Of a stretch of DNA of 27,301 nt, positions 15,549 through 25,472 are shown piece after piece. The number at the start of each line of letters is the position of its first letter. Within the stretch, counting starts at the first letter, position 1. The stretch lies in IMG/VR virus record IMGVR_UViG_3300021387_000895, positions 1 through 27,301 of that record; one strand, 5' to 3'. Below the pieces are notes generated by a model. That model was not told where the DNA came from. It ran no database searches and saw only the letters and a list, made by a program, of their open reading frames with translations. This DNA comes from a virus. Its lineage: Duplodnaviria > Heunggongvirae > Uroviricota > Caudoviricetes. Made by a program: the position numbers and the translations under genes.

Positions 15549-18500
15549 TAAAAACGTAGTTCAAATGGTATTTGATAACAAACAATTTGAACAAGGCGTT
15601 GCCCAGAGTACGCAATCATTAGAAAAGCTTAAAAAAGGTCTTGAATTAGACAAGGCAACGGCTAGTTTATCTAATATTGAAAAAGCAGCTCATAGGTTAG
15701 ATTTATCTGGAATCTCGGATGGTGTAGAAAAAATACAAGAAAAGTTTTCCATGCTTGGCGTTCTTGGTGTCACGGCTATGCAGCGAATAGCTAATGCTGC
15801 TATTGATACTGGAACAAGGATTGTTAAGGCAATTTCTATAGACAACATTGGCGCTGGTCAACAGAAATACCAAACTCAAACAAAAGCTGTACAAACTATT
15901 ATTGCAGCTACTGGTAAGCCACTTCAAGAAGTAGAAACTGTGTTAAGTGATCTTATGAAGTATACTGACGAAACTTCATATGACTTCTCAGGAATGGTTT
16001 CTAGTATCGGTAAATTTACTGCGGCTGGTGTAGATCTAAAGATCGCCGAGAAAGCGATGGAAGGTATTGCTAATGAGGCTGCACGATCCGGTGCTGGCGT
16101 TCAAGAAGCAAACCGTGCTATGTACAATTTTGCTCAGTCATTGTCACAAGGTTCTGTAAAGTTGATAGACTGGAAATCAATAGCGTTAGCCAATATGGCA
16201 ACAAAAGAATTTAAAGAAGAACTGATAAAGACTGCTATTGCATCCGGAACTTTAACAAAGGCTAGTGATAAGACTGGCTATGTGATGAAGCAGACGAAGA
16301 AAGCAACTAAGAAAACTGCTGCTGAGTTTAAAAAGACAGAAGTTAATTATAAGTCTTTTGAAAGTACGCTTAGCGAGGGTTGGCTTACTTCCGATGTTCT
16401 GATTAAGACTTTAAATAGATATGCCGATACAACTACGGAAATAGGTAAAGCTTCATTCGCAGCTGCAAAAGAGTATCTTACTTTTGGCGATGTCATGCAG
16501 ACTATTGCAGATAGTGTTAGCTCTGGGTGGATGAGGACTTTTAAAGCTTTATTTGGTAATCTTGATGAAGCTAGAAATTTATGGACTCGCGTCGGTGACT
16601 CTATATTAAATTTTACTTCGATATTTACTGATGCTCGTAATGAGTTGGTAGAAGGATGGCATGAATTAGGAGGCTATAATACTGCTGTTGAGGCTGCTTC
16701 GAATCTTTGGCACACATTCATGAACATAGTTGAAGGTGTTAAGCAAGCTTTTGAAGAGATATTTCCTCCTATTACAGCACAAAATTTAGTTACTATTACT
16801 GATGAGATAGAGAAACAGACTAATAGACTTAAAAAATTATTTGGAATCGATACGGAAACTGAAATAGAAGAAACATATAATGTAATTATCGATAAAGCAA
16901 AAGAATTAAATCAAAATCTAAAAATAGGTGATCATAGCGATTATACTAGAGTTTTACAAGAATTACTTATTAAAAAGGGTTTTTTAGATAAAGGCCAGGC
17001 CGATGGTATTTATGGCCCTAAGACAGAAGCAGCTGTAAAAAAGTTGCAAAAAACATTAGGTGTAGATGTTACTGGGTCTTGGGATGACGCGACTCGTAAA
17101 GCTGCCATAGCACAGAAAACGTTTGCTGAAACTCAGGAAAAAACACGAACTGTAACAAAGAAAAATGTTGAAAAAGTAACAGAGAAGTACAAAGAGACTA
17201 TTAATTATGCAGAAAAAATAAATAAACTGTTGGGGCGTGGAGATCAGGGAGATCAGGTCAAGATGCTTCAAGAGCAATTGATTAGAAATAAATTGCTAGA
17301 TAAGGGGCAAGCTGATGGCGTTTATGGTCCAAAGACAGAAGCAGCTGTAAAAGAATTACAGAAGAAACTCGGAGTAGAGGTAACCGGGTCTTGGGATCAT
17401 GCAACCAGAGCCGCTGCGATGTCTAGTAAAATGTTTCAAAAAACAATTGAAAAAGAAAGAGAAGTATATAAGCCAACAGCCGGTTTGACAAAGAGCATGG
17501 TAGCTCTACAAAATATAGCAAAAGGTTTCTTTTCAATAATCAAGATTGGCAAAGATATCGGCGGATTTGTGATACGAGTATTCAAAGTATTTTTGGGATT
17601 ATTTAAGCCATTAATAAAACCAATTACGAGAATAATGGAAGTATTTGGTGTTATGTTCGAAAGTCTTGAGTGGGACTTAAGAAAAAGTGGCGGAATACTA
17701 GATACTTGGGAGAAAAATATTAGAAAAAAGCTTGGCCCATTAGGTAATTTTATTAAAAAAATAGCTAAGGCATTGCAAGGCTTTATAGATAGATTTTTGA
17801 TAGGATCAAAGAAATTAACTAAAAAGACATACGGATTAACAGATAGGGTTATTGTAAGATTTGATTGGTTTTTATCATATTTGAAGCATGAAATTAAGCG
17901 GACTAAGATTGGAAAGTTTATATTTGACACTTGGGATAAAATCAAACCGATCTTTGGAAATGTTAAAGAATTCTTAGGAAAATTTAAGGAATCTATTTCT
18001 GGATTCTTCAAGACCCTAACTAAGCCAATGACTGATAAAAAGGGGAATCCAGTTGGTTTTATAGATAGAATTAAAGAGGCTTTGAAATCATTCAAGGGTG
18101 TTTGGGATTGGATAAAGAAAACCTTTGGGAATTTGTTTGGTCCTAAAGATGCGTCAGGTGCGGAAAATTCTTTCAATTTATTAGAAGGTATAGGAAAAGT
18201 AATTAAGAAAGTAATCAAGTTTATAAAAACTATTAATATAGCACAATTAGCTTTATTCGCAACTGGTCTTATCGCAGCATTTAAGATGTATAAGCGTATT
18301 AAAGCTCCGATGGATGTAGTTACAAATATTGCCGAGATTCCGAAGAAGATATCTAAAGCTATTGGCGGTCATGATTCTCGAAAATGGCTTGATAGTATAG
18401 GTGAATTTGCAAAGAATATTGGCATAGGAGTGGCATTACTAGCTGCTTCTGTGTTTGGTATTGCTCAGCTTGATCAAGGAAAAGCATGGTCGGCGGTTGG

Positions 18501-21500
18501 TGTTGTTGCTGCTTTAATAGCTTTAGTTGGTGCTTTTGCCTTTGGAATGAAGAAGCTAAAACTCGATAGCGTTAATGTAAAAGGAATAATTAAGTTCACG
18601 ATAGCTGTTCTTCTTTTGACAAATTCTGTTGTTCAGCTTGCAAAATTACCTTTTGATAAAATGATGGGAGGACTTCTTGGTCTAACTATCTTACTTACTG
18701 AAATGATAGCATTTAGTAAGTTAATGAAAGGCGAGAAATTCCAGGTCGGTGGCATGACTGATTTAGGTGCTGGTATTAATCTAATGGTAAGCGCTTTAAG
18801 TGTTTTATCGAAGATGGATACCGGTAATATGATCAAAGGTCTTGTCGGTTTGGCTGTATTAATGACGGAACTTGGTGTTTTCTTAAGAATTACTAATAAG
18901 AAAGAGTTTAAAGCTGGACCTGGTGCTATGATAGGAATTGGCACAGCTGTTCTTATGATGGCATTGTCTTTAAAAGTTATTTCTAAGCTTGATTGGGGAG
19001 GCATATTAAAAGGACTAGTTGGTCTTGGCGCTATACTTCTCGAGCTTGGGCTATTTATGAGATTGACAAGCGGATTTGGATCTTCTAAGGGGCTACTTGG
19101 AATGGTCGGAATTGGTATTGCAGTCTTACTAATTGCAAAGTCATTAGAAGGTTTAGCAAAATTAAGTGTAAAAGGAATAATAAAAGGTATTGTTGGGTTA
19201 GGAGCAATTTTCTTAGAGATAGCTATTTTCATGAAGTTAATTAGCGAAAGAAATGCTCTAAGGCAGGTAGGTCTTGCAATGTCAATGGTCGGAATTGGCG
19301 TTGCTCTTTCGTTAATTGTAGCATCACTAAGGTCTTTGGCGAAATTAAAAACTAAAAGTTTAGTAAAGGGTATAATTGGATTAGGACTTGTATTTATAGA
19401 AATAGCAGCATTTATGAGACTAATTAGGGGTAGAAGATCCATTCGTCAATTCGGAAATGCACTTGCATTAATTGGTATTGCTGCGGCTATCAATTTGTTT
19501 GTTGTAGCAATAGCCGGATTATCCATGATAAAACCACAGGGTTTAGTAAAGGGTATAGCAGCTTTAGGAGCCGTATTCTTAGAAATAGGAATATTCATGA
19601 AGATGATAAGCGGTGGATCAGTGAGTCTTAAAGCTATACCAATGCTTATAGCAATTGCTGGATCATTGCTACTATTTGGCCTTGCATTGCTTGCTGTATC
19701 TAAAGTGCCTTGGTCTACTATAGCTGCATTTGGAGTTAGCTTTGGTATTGCTCTTAGTTCGATTAGCACTGCATTAGCTGTTCTGTCAAAGATTCCGATT
19801 ACTGGTGCATTAACAGCAGTTGCAAATCTTGATATATTTATTGCTAATCTTGCACTTGTTCTTGGAGCATTTGCTGGACTTCAGAAGCTAACTGGCGGAG
19901 AATTCGGTGAATGGATGAGGACTGGTGCCGAAGTAATTGGCGAAACAATAGGCGGATTCATTCATGGTATAATGAGCGGAATCAATAAAGATAAAGCTCC
20001 AAAGGATGGAAAGAGTTTAGCTGAGTATATTAAAGAGTTTATTGGTCAGATTAAATCTATTATTCCAGATTTAAAGGCTCTTGGTGAAGAAGCTAATGGT
20101 ATAAAGAAACAAGGTCTCAAGAAGATTGCAGATGCAATGGGGCAGTTTGTTCTTATTGCTGGTGAAATATTAGTCGTAAACATTATCGAGTTGCTGAACA
20201 GAATGGTCAACTTTGTTGATTTTAATAGTCGAACAGGAAATGGTGTAAAGAATTTTATATGTGATTTAAAAGAAATAGTTCCTTATTTAGTTGAGTTATC
20301 TCAGTCTAAAGGAACTATTAGTATAAAAGCATTAAAGAATATAACAAATGCTCTTGCTCAATTTGTATTAATGTCTGGAGAGATATTAGTTGTTGATTTC
20401 CTGAATATTCTTGATAAAATAAGCGATTTTGTTGGCAAAATATTTGGACAAAATGGTTTAATTAATTTTATAAATAAGATTAAAATGGTGTATCCTGTAT
20501 TGCAGGAACTCTCTCAAACCAAAGGAACAATAAACATAAAAGTCTTAAAGAATTTGTCTAATGGCTTGGCAGAATTAGTTTCAATGTCTGCTTATATTTT
20601 AGCTGTTGATTTCATAAGCTTGTTGAGTTCTATTCCTAGCTTTATAACTGGCAGCGATCCATTAATAGAGTTTATTGATAAGCTTGTCGTAATTGGTCCA
20701 AAGTTAGCTAATCTTTCTCAGACCCTTAAGGGTGAGATTAATGTAAAGGTGTTAAAGCATTTAGCTGATGGTCTTGACGCATTATCATTAATGGCTACTG
20801 CATCACTTAAAGTAAGTTGGCAAGAGTGGTTGAGAAATATTGTAGGCTTTATAAATGGAAAAGATAGCTTAGTCAATTTTGTAGATACAATGATCGCTGT
20901 TGCACCTAAACTTCAGCAATTCGGTGATAACACTGGTAATGTCAATATTAAGAATATTGAGAATGCCGCTGGTGCACTTGGTGCTCTTGCTGATGTTGCT
21001 AACAAGATTCCGGCAACTAATGGTATTTTGCAAGATATTGTTGGCGAACAGGATATTGGAACATTCGGTGATAGACTTGAGGCATTAGGTAAAGGTATTG
21101 CAAGTTTCGCTACTAAAACAAATAAAATCCCTAAGGATTACAGTTCCGATGGTGCCGTTAATACAATCAAAACATTGTCAGATGTCGAATCTGAGCTTAC
21201 TGCACATGGCGGTGTTGCCCAGTTCTTTGCTGGTGAGAAGGATTTAGGTACATTTGGTGCATCACTTGCTGAACTCGGAACTAACTTTAAGTCTTTCGCT
21301 GATAATACTGCTGGAATAGATGCTGCTAAGATTTCAAATCTTGCTGGTGGCCTTCAGGCTATTTCTGATGTAGTACAGTCTACTCCTGATTTCTACGCTG
21401 TTGATGATAGCTTTCAGGGGCTTCAGCATGCTATTGACTTGATTGGATATAGTTTAGATTATTCAGGGCTTGAAGAAGCTGGCGAAAAAATTGTGGAGAA

Positions 21501-22281
21501 TATGAAAACCGGTGTTGAAGAAGAGGAAGACGATATTACAACTGAAATCGATACATTGGTTTCTGCATTGGTTTCGATAGTAGAAGGATATTATGAGAAA
21601 TTCAAGAGTGCTGGTAAGTATATAGATGAAGGTATAAGAGATGGTATAAGCGCTAATTTAAGCATTGTTACTTCTATGGCCGAAAAGGTTGCCAATGATG
21701 CTTATATAGCGGCAAAGAATAAACTAGGAATTGCGTCGCCTTCAAAGAAAGGTGAAGAGTTAGGTAAGTTCTTCGATCTTGGCATCGAAAATGGACTAAA
21801 GAGTTATTCGGATAGAGTTGGCTCTACATCGACTGATCTTGCAAATAATATTGTTTCAAGTGCCAAGTCCTCGTTACTTAATTTAAATGATGTGATAAGT
21901 AGCGATGTTGATTCTTCACCAAAAATTCGACCAGTACTTGATGCTTCAAATTTTAGAAGTGAATTCAATTCTCAGATAGGAAACGGAATAGGATCTATTA
22001 ATACTGATTCAACAGTAGAAGTATCGGCGTCTTTCTCGAAAGCTCAGAATCTTGCTACTGGTATACAAAGTGATATTAATATGCTAAGAGATTCGATAGA
22101 AAGAAGCAATATAGATCTAGCTACTAAATTCGATGATTTAAACGAGCATCTTAATGCTATTGATCAAGATATTATGAACATGAGACTATACCTCGATGGC
22201 GATTCACTTGTCGGCGGTATTATTAAGAGAGTTGACTCCGGATTGGCCAGAAGGCGTTCGGTTTCTAGGAGGTCGAATTAA
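15535..22281 (+). CDS. Tape measure protein with two internal peptidoglycan-binding domains
   Basis: 2248 aa; N-terminal tape-measure domain (TDETSYDF..M...GIAN.AA.SG..RAMYNFAQSLSQG.VKL.DW.S); long amphipathic repeats; position before Dit. Confidence 0.95.
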   Translation: MPMIDKNVVQMVFDNKQFEQGVAQSTQSLEKLKKGLELDKATASLSNIEKAAHRLDLSGISDGVEKIQEKFSMLGVLGVTAMQRIANAAIDTGTRIVKAISIDNIGAGQQKYQTQTKAVQTIIAATGKPLQEVETVLSDLMKYTDETSYDFSGMVSSIGKFTAAGVDLKIAEKAMEGIANEAARSGAGVQEANRAMYNFAQSLSQGSVKLIDWKSIALANMATKEFKEELIKTAIASGTLTKASDKTGYVMKQTKKATKKTAAEFKKTEVNYKSFESTLSEGWLTSDVLIKTLNRYADTTTEIGKASFAAAKEYLTFGDVMQTIADSVSSGWMRTFKALFGNLDEARNLWTRVGDSILNFTSIFTDARNELVEGWHELGGYNTAVEAASNLWHTFMNIVEGVKQAFEEIFPPITAQNLVTITDEIEKQTNRLKKLFGIDTETEIEETYNVIIDKAKELNQNLKIGDHSDYTRVLQELLIKKGFLDKGQADGIYGPKTEAAVKKLQKTLGVDVTGSWDDATRKAAIAQKTFAETQEKTRTVTKKNVEKVTEKYKETINYAEKINKLLGRGDQGDQVKMLQEQLIRNKLLDKGQADGVYGPKTEAAVKELQKKLGVEVTGSWDHATRAAAMSSKMFQKTIEKEREVYKPTAGLTKSMVALQNIAKGFFSIIKIGKDIGGFVIRVFKVFLGLFKPLIKPITRIMEVFGVMFESLEWDLRKSGGILDTWEKNIRKKLGPLGNFIKKIAKALQGFIDRFLIGSKKLTKKTYGLTDRVIVRFDWFLSYLKHEIKRTKIGKFIFDTWDKIKPIFGNVKEFLGKFKESISGFFKTLTKPMTDKKGNPVGFIDRIKEALKSFKGVWDWIKKTFGNLFGPKDASGAENSFNLLEGIGKVIKKVIKFIKTINIAQLALFATGLIAAFKMYKRIKAPMDVVTNIAEIPKKISKAIGGHDSRKWLDSIGEFAKNIGIGVALLAASVFGIAQLDQGKAWSAVGVVAALIALVGAFAFGMKKLKLDSVNVKGIIKFTIAVLLLTNSVVQLAKLPFDKMMGGLLGLTILLTEMIAFSKLMKGEKFQVGGMTDLGAGINLMVSALSVLSKMDTGNMIKGLVGLAVLMTELGVFLRITNKKEFKAGPGAMIGIGTAVLMMALSLKVISKLDWGGILKGLVGLGAILLELGLFMRLTSGFGSSKGLLGMVGIGIAVLLIAKSLEGLAKLSVKGIIKGIVGLGAIFLEIAIFMKLISERNALRQVGLAMSMVGIGVALSLIVASLRSLAKLKTKSLVKGIIGLGLVFIEIAAFMRLIRGRRSIRQFGNALALIGIAAAINLFVVAIAGLSMIKPQGLVKGIAALGAVFLEIGIFMKMISGGSVSLKAIPMLIAIAGSLLLFGLALLAVSKVPWSTIAAFGVSFGIALSSISTALAVLSKIPITGALTAVANLDIFIANLALVLGAFAGLQKLTGGEFGEWMRTGAEVIGETIGGFIHGIMSGINKDKAPKDGKSLAEYIKEFIGQIKSIIPDLKALGEEANGIKKQGLKKIADAMGQFVLIAGEILVVNIIELLNRMVNFVDFNSRTGNGVKNFICDLKEIVPYLVELSQSKGTISIKALKNITNALAQFVLMSGEILVVDFLNILDKISDFVGKIFGQNGLINFINKIKMVYPVLQELSQTKGTINIKVLKNLSNGLAELVSMSAYILAVDFISLLSSIPSFITGSDPLIEFIDKLVVIGPKLANLSQTLKGEINVKVLKHLADGLDALSLMATASLKVSWQEWLRNIVGFINGKDSLVNFVDTMIAVAPKLQQFGDNTGNVNIKNIENAAGALGALADVANKIPATNGILQDIVGEQDIGTFGDRLEALGKGIASFATKTNKIPKDYSSDGAVNTIKTLSDVESELTAHGGVAQFFAGEKDLGTFGASLAELGTNFKSFADNTAGIDAAKISNLAGGLQAISDVVQSTPDFYAVDDSFQGLQHAIDLIGYSLDYSGLEEAGEKIVENMKTGVEEEEDDITTEIDTLVSALVSIVEGYYEKFKSAGKYIDEGIRDGISANLSIVTSMAEKVANDAYIAAKNKLGIASPSKKGEELGKFFDLGIENGLKSYSDRVGSTSTDLANNIVSSAKSSLLNLNDVISSDVDSSPKIRPVLDASNFRSEFNSQIGNGIGSINTDSTVEVSASFSKAQNLATGIQSDINMLRDSIERSNIDLATKFDDLNEHLNAIDQDIMNMRLYLDGDSLVGGIIKRVDSGLARRRSVSRRSN
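16905..17420 (+). repeat. Two tandem PG_binding_1-like domains, period 312 bp/104 aa
   Basis: L..GD....(T/V)..LQE.LI...LDKGQADG(I/V)YGPKTEAAVK.LQK.LGV.VTGSWD.ATR.AA occurs twice; the DG.YGP.T..AVK.LQ...G..VTG signature is that of PF01471-type domains. Confidence 0.88.
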
Positions 22282-22716
22282 ATGCAGTTTGGTTATTCTG
22301 GAGAACATACAGTTCTTATAAAGCCTTATAATGGAAATAAGACTTATAATTTGTGGGATGATTTTGCATTGATCCCAACTTCGAGATTATTTATCGCTTT
22401 ACCAAATCCACAATTTAGTTTCATTCAGATTCCTAGTAGTGGCTCAATAATAGATTTTAGTGAACGTAGAATTGGGCAATTACTTTATAGCCATTGCCAA
22501 GGAGAATGGGAATTTATAATTAATCACAACAGATGGAAGAATTCAAATTATGCAATTAATAGTTTTGAAGAAAGGATCAATGCTAAATATTCCGAAGTAA
22601 AATTGTCAGATAATCCTAATGAAGTATATGAGGGTAGAGTTTATATTCAGGGCGCTTCTTCCGGGAGCGATTACACAACATTGACTTTAGCTTATATTTT
22701 GAAACCAGTTACATGA
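22282..22716 (+). CDS. Distal tail (Dit)-like protein
   Basis: 144 aa directly after the tape measure; N-terminal half homologous by eye to 24069-25064; VKLSDNP..VYEGRV motif. Confidence 0.7.
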   Translation: MQFGYSGEHTVLIKPYNGNKTYNLWDDFALIPTSRLFIALPNPQFSFIQIPSSGSIIDFSERRIGQLLYSHCQGEWEFIINHNRWKNSNYAINSFEERINAKYSEVKLSDNPNEVYEGRVYIQGASSGSDYTTLTLAYILKPVT

Positions 22717-22732
22717 TGAAAGTGGTGATAAA

Positions 22733-24061
22733 ATGGCTATAGAGATATATAGAAATCTTCCATATGGAAAACCAAAATCGCGATTGCTGTTATATTCTAC
22801 TGCTTCCCCAACAAGTTATAATTTTATACCTGGAGTGTTAAAGAAAGAAATCAATAAATCTGAATCTTTTGAATTTGATATTTATCCTTCCCAAAGTAGA
22901 GGGTCATTAGATCCGGATTTGATTGAATTGAAGACTGGCTATCATTATATAAGCATTGAGGATACCAATACCAGTGGACCTCTTGGACAAATAGCTCCAA
23001 AGATAATGTTCTATGGACGTATATCCCATGTTGAATATGATTTACAAGGGAAAAGACACGTTACTTGCGAAGGGTTACTTTCTAATCTTTTGGATTTTCC
23101 TATGTTTAATCCTTATCATTCAGGATATAACGATCGAGACATTCCAATCGAAATACGTTCTGGCATACACAGAGTTGTTAATCGTACATATCTTGGTTTA
23201 TTTTATAATGCAATAAATGCTTATAGATGTGGAACTAGAAGAGACGACATAATACTTTGGGACCCTAACGATGATACGGAAATGCCAGAAATAACTAAAC
23301 AATACGAATCAAGTGAATCAGAAGAAGATCCAGATGCAGGATATTATAAGTATTTATACCCATGGGAGAAGTCAGTTGGAGAATTTATAGAATCTGAATT
23401 GATAGGTGTTTTCGGTGGAATTATTAAACTTGAATACGATGATGCATACGTGAATGGAATAAAAGGTCATATATCATGGATACAAGGTCCGGCAGAAGGT
23501 GTTATAAGAACGCAAAGTCAAAGCCAAGATATAATTTATGGTGATAATTTGTTAGATGCTACTCTTGAAGATACTAACACTGAATACCCAAGTGGAATAT
23601 TTCCGGTTGGTACGGATAATACGAATACTAAGATTTGGTTTGAAGAGACCATAAATTATGATGGTAGTAATAGAATTATTCCATGGGCTTATTATGGGAA
23701 TAATTATGTTGCAGATAGCATCAATACTTGTAAGGTGGTTAATTTCGACGATGCTAAAACATTTGATCAATTAGATGATATTAAAGATCTGTATGTAAAT
23801 CTCTATTGTAGTAGTAAGAAGTATAGAATTAATGCTAAAGTATTAGATAAGCATTATTCTGGCTTAGAGGATGAAACATATGCTCCAATAGATGTCGGAT
23901 ACACATATCATGTTGTCGTTCCATTTATAGGAAGACCGATAGAAGACGATCTTGTTTGCTTAAATTTAGAGTTGGATTTGAAAAATCTAGAGAATAGCAG
24001 CTATACATTCGGCGAGTATATTCCGCCGGATCTTATGAAGTCTAGATACATAACGGGGTGA
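22733..24061 (+). CDS. Baseplate hub/Tal-like tail-tip protein
   Basis: 442 aa after Dit; FEFDIYP, MFYGRI..VEYD..GKRHVTCEG.L..L.D, I.YGDNLLD, GY..HVV.P motifs resemble prophage tail hub proteins. Confidence 0.65.
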   Translation: MAIEIYRNLPYGKPKSRLLLYSTASPTSYNFIPGVLKKEINKSESFEFDIYPSQSRGSLDPDLIELKTGYHYISIEDTNTSGPLGQIAPKIMFYGRISHVEYDLQGKRHVTCEGLLSNLLDFPMFNPYHSGYNDRDIPIEIRSGIHRVVNRTYLGLFYNAINAYRCGTRRDDIILWDPNDDTEMPEITKQYESSESEEDPDAGYYKYLYPWEKSVGEFIESELIGVFGGIIKLEYDDAYVNGIKGHISWIQGPAEGVIRTQSQSQDIIYGDNLLDATLEDTNTEYPSGIFPVGTDNTNTKIWFEETINYDGSNRIIPWAYYGNNYVADSINTCKVVNFDDAKTFDQLDDIKDLYVNLYCSSKKYRINAKVLDKHYSGLEDETYAPIDVGYTYHVVVPFIGRPIEDDLVCLNLELDLKNLENSSYTFGEYIPPDLMKSRYITG

Positions 24062-24068
24062 GTTTGAT

Positions 24069-25064
24069 ATGGATGTTATTTATTTTGGGGCTCACTCCAT
24101 AGATATAACTGTTAATGGCGATCGTAGCTATAATACATGGACTGATTTTCATTTGATTCCAACATCAAAACCAATAGTATCTCAGGCTTCTCCAAATTTG
24201 AATATCGTTCAAGTTCCAACTATTAATTATTTCGTCGATTTGAGTGAAATTCAAAATGGCGGTTTAACTTTTGGTCAAAGATCTGGGGAATGGGAATTTA
24301 TAATCGATCATAATCAATGGAGTTCTTGGCTTACCGCTTACAACACAATAAAACAGAAATTGCATGGTAAAAGCGTGATTGTTAAGTTAACTGATGTTCC
24401 AGAAACGGACTATTATGGTCGTATATACGTAAGTAAGTATTCTCCAGGAAGCGAGTATACTACGATTTCCATATCTTATATCTTTAATTCCAATTCTGAA
24501 CTGGCTGTTACTTATCCGGATATTGACACAGATAGTCCTTACTATTCTGGTGGAGGATCTGGTGGAGGATCTAGTGGAGGCGGAAGTTCCAGCAGCGAAT
24601 CTAGTGACAGTCCTGTTTATCGTCCAACCGAAGCAGAAATACAGAGTTTTGTTAATGATGTCAAATCTTCTTCAAACATTACTGTATTGAATTACGGATA
24701 TTGGGTTCCAACTAAAAGTAATATGTATTTACGTGCTCAAGTATCAGAGAGTCCAAACACATATAAAAGTTATTATTATGATTCTAATTCATATACAAGC
24801 ATTCCCAAAAAATATTACGAAAACACAGGTAATTACGGGGTTACAGTTTCTGGAAGAATAAATAAAAATGGTACAAATTATTGTATTATCGCTAAACAGA
24901 ATGGGAGTTCAAGTACTTCTTCTTATATTTCTCATAGTTTAAGAAATGGATATGTAAATTTTTATATGGGGTATTCAACTTCTTCTGATAATGTTGTGGC
25001 ATATATAGGGTGCGAAACAATTGAATCAGAAGGTGTTATATACGCAATAGGTTATAGCAATTAA
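24069..25064 (+). CDS. Second Dit paralog fused via a Gly/Ser linker to an unknown Tyr/Ser/Asn-rich domain
   Basis: YNTWTDFHLIPTS...GEWEFIIDHNQW matches YNLWDDFALIPTS...GEWEFIINHNRW of 22282-22716; linker SGGGSGGGSSGGGSSSSESS. Confidence 0.75.
   Translation: MDVIYFGAHSIDITVNGDRSYNTWTDFHLIPTSKPIVSQASPNLNIVQVPTINYFVDLSEIQNGGLTFGQRSGEWEFIIDHNQWSSWLTAYNTIKQKLHGKSVIVKLTDVPETDYYGRIYVSKYSPGSEYTTISISYIFNSNSELAVTYPDIDTDSPYYSGGGSGGGSSGGGSSSSESSDSPVYRPTEAEIQSFVNDVKSSSNITVLNYGYWVPTKSNMYLRAQVSESPNTYKSYYYDSNSYTSIPKKYYENTGNYGVTVSGRINKNGTNYCIIAKQNGSSSTSSYISHSLRNGYVNFYMGYSTSSDNVVAYIGCETIESEGVIYAIGYSN
24546..24581 (+). repeat. 3 x 12-bp tandem repeat encoding the SGGG linker
   Basis: tctggtggagga tctggtggagga tctagtggaggc. 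Confidence 0.9.
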
Positions 25065-25079
25065 AGGGGTCGATTTGCA

Positions 25080-25472
25080 ATGTACATACACGTCAATCCT
25101 AACCCGAATGGCGTATATGTAGAGGACTGTGTAGTTCGAGCAATTTGTATAGCAACTGATAGATCTTGGGATGATGTTTACGCTCATCTTTGTTTGCAAG
25201 GTTTTATTATGAAAAATATGCCTTCAGTAAATAATGTGTGGGGAACGTATCTCAAGTCTATCGGTTTTGTTTCTTATCCATTGCCGACTAACTGTCCAGG
25301 ATGTTACACCATTCGAGATTTTTGCGATCAAAATAGGTATGGCACTTATATCTTAGCTACTGGATCACACGTTGTTTCTGTAATTGATGGAAATTACTGT
25401 GATGCATGGGATAGTGGCGACGAGATGCCTATTTCGGTATGGAGGAGAGAAATAAGCTATGGCAGGGTATAA
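25080..25472 (+). CDS. Putative papain-like/C39-type cysteine peptidase
   Basis: NPNP...EDCVVRAI, GSHVVSVIDG, DAWDSG give a Cys...His...Asp order consistent with a papain-like catalytic triad; fold not verified. Confidence 0.5.
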   Translation: MYIHVNPNPNGVYVEDCVVRAICIATDRSWDDVYAHLCLQGFIMKNMPSVNNVWGTYLKSIGFVSYPLPTNCPGCYTIRDFCDQNRYGTYILATGSHVVSVIDGNYCDAWDSGDEMPISVWRREISYGRV

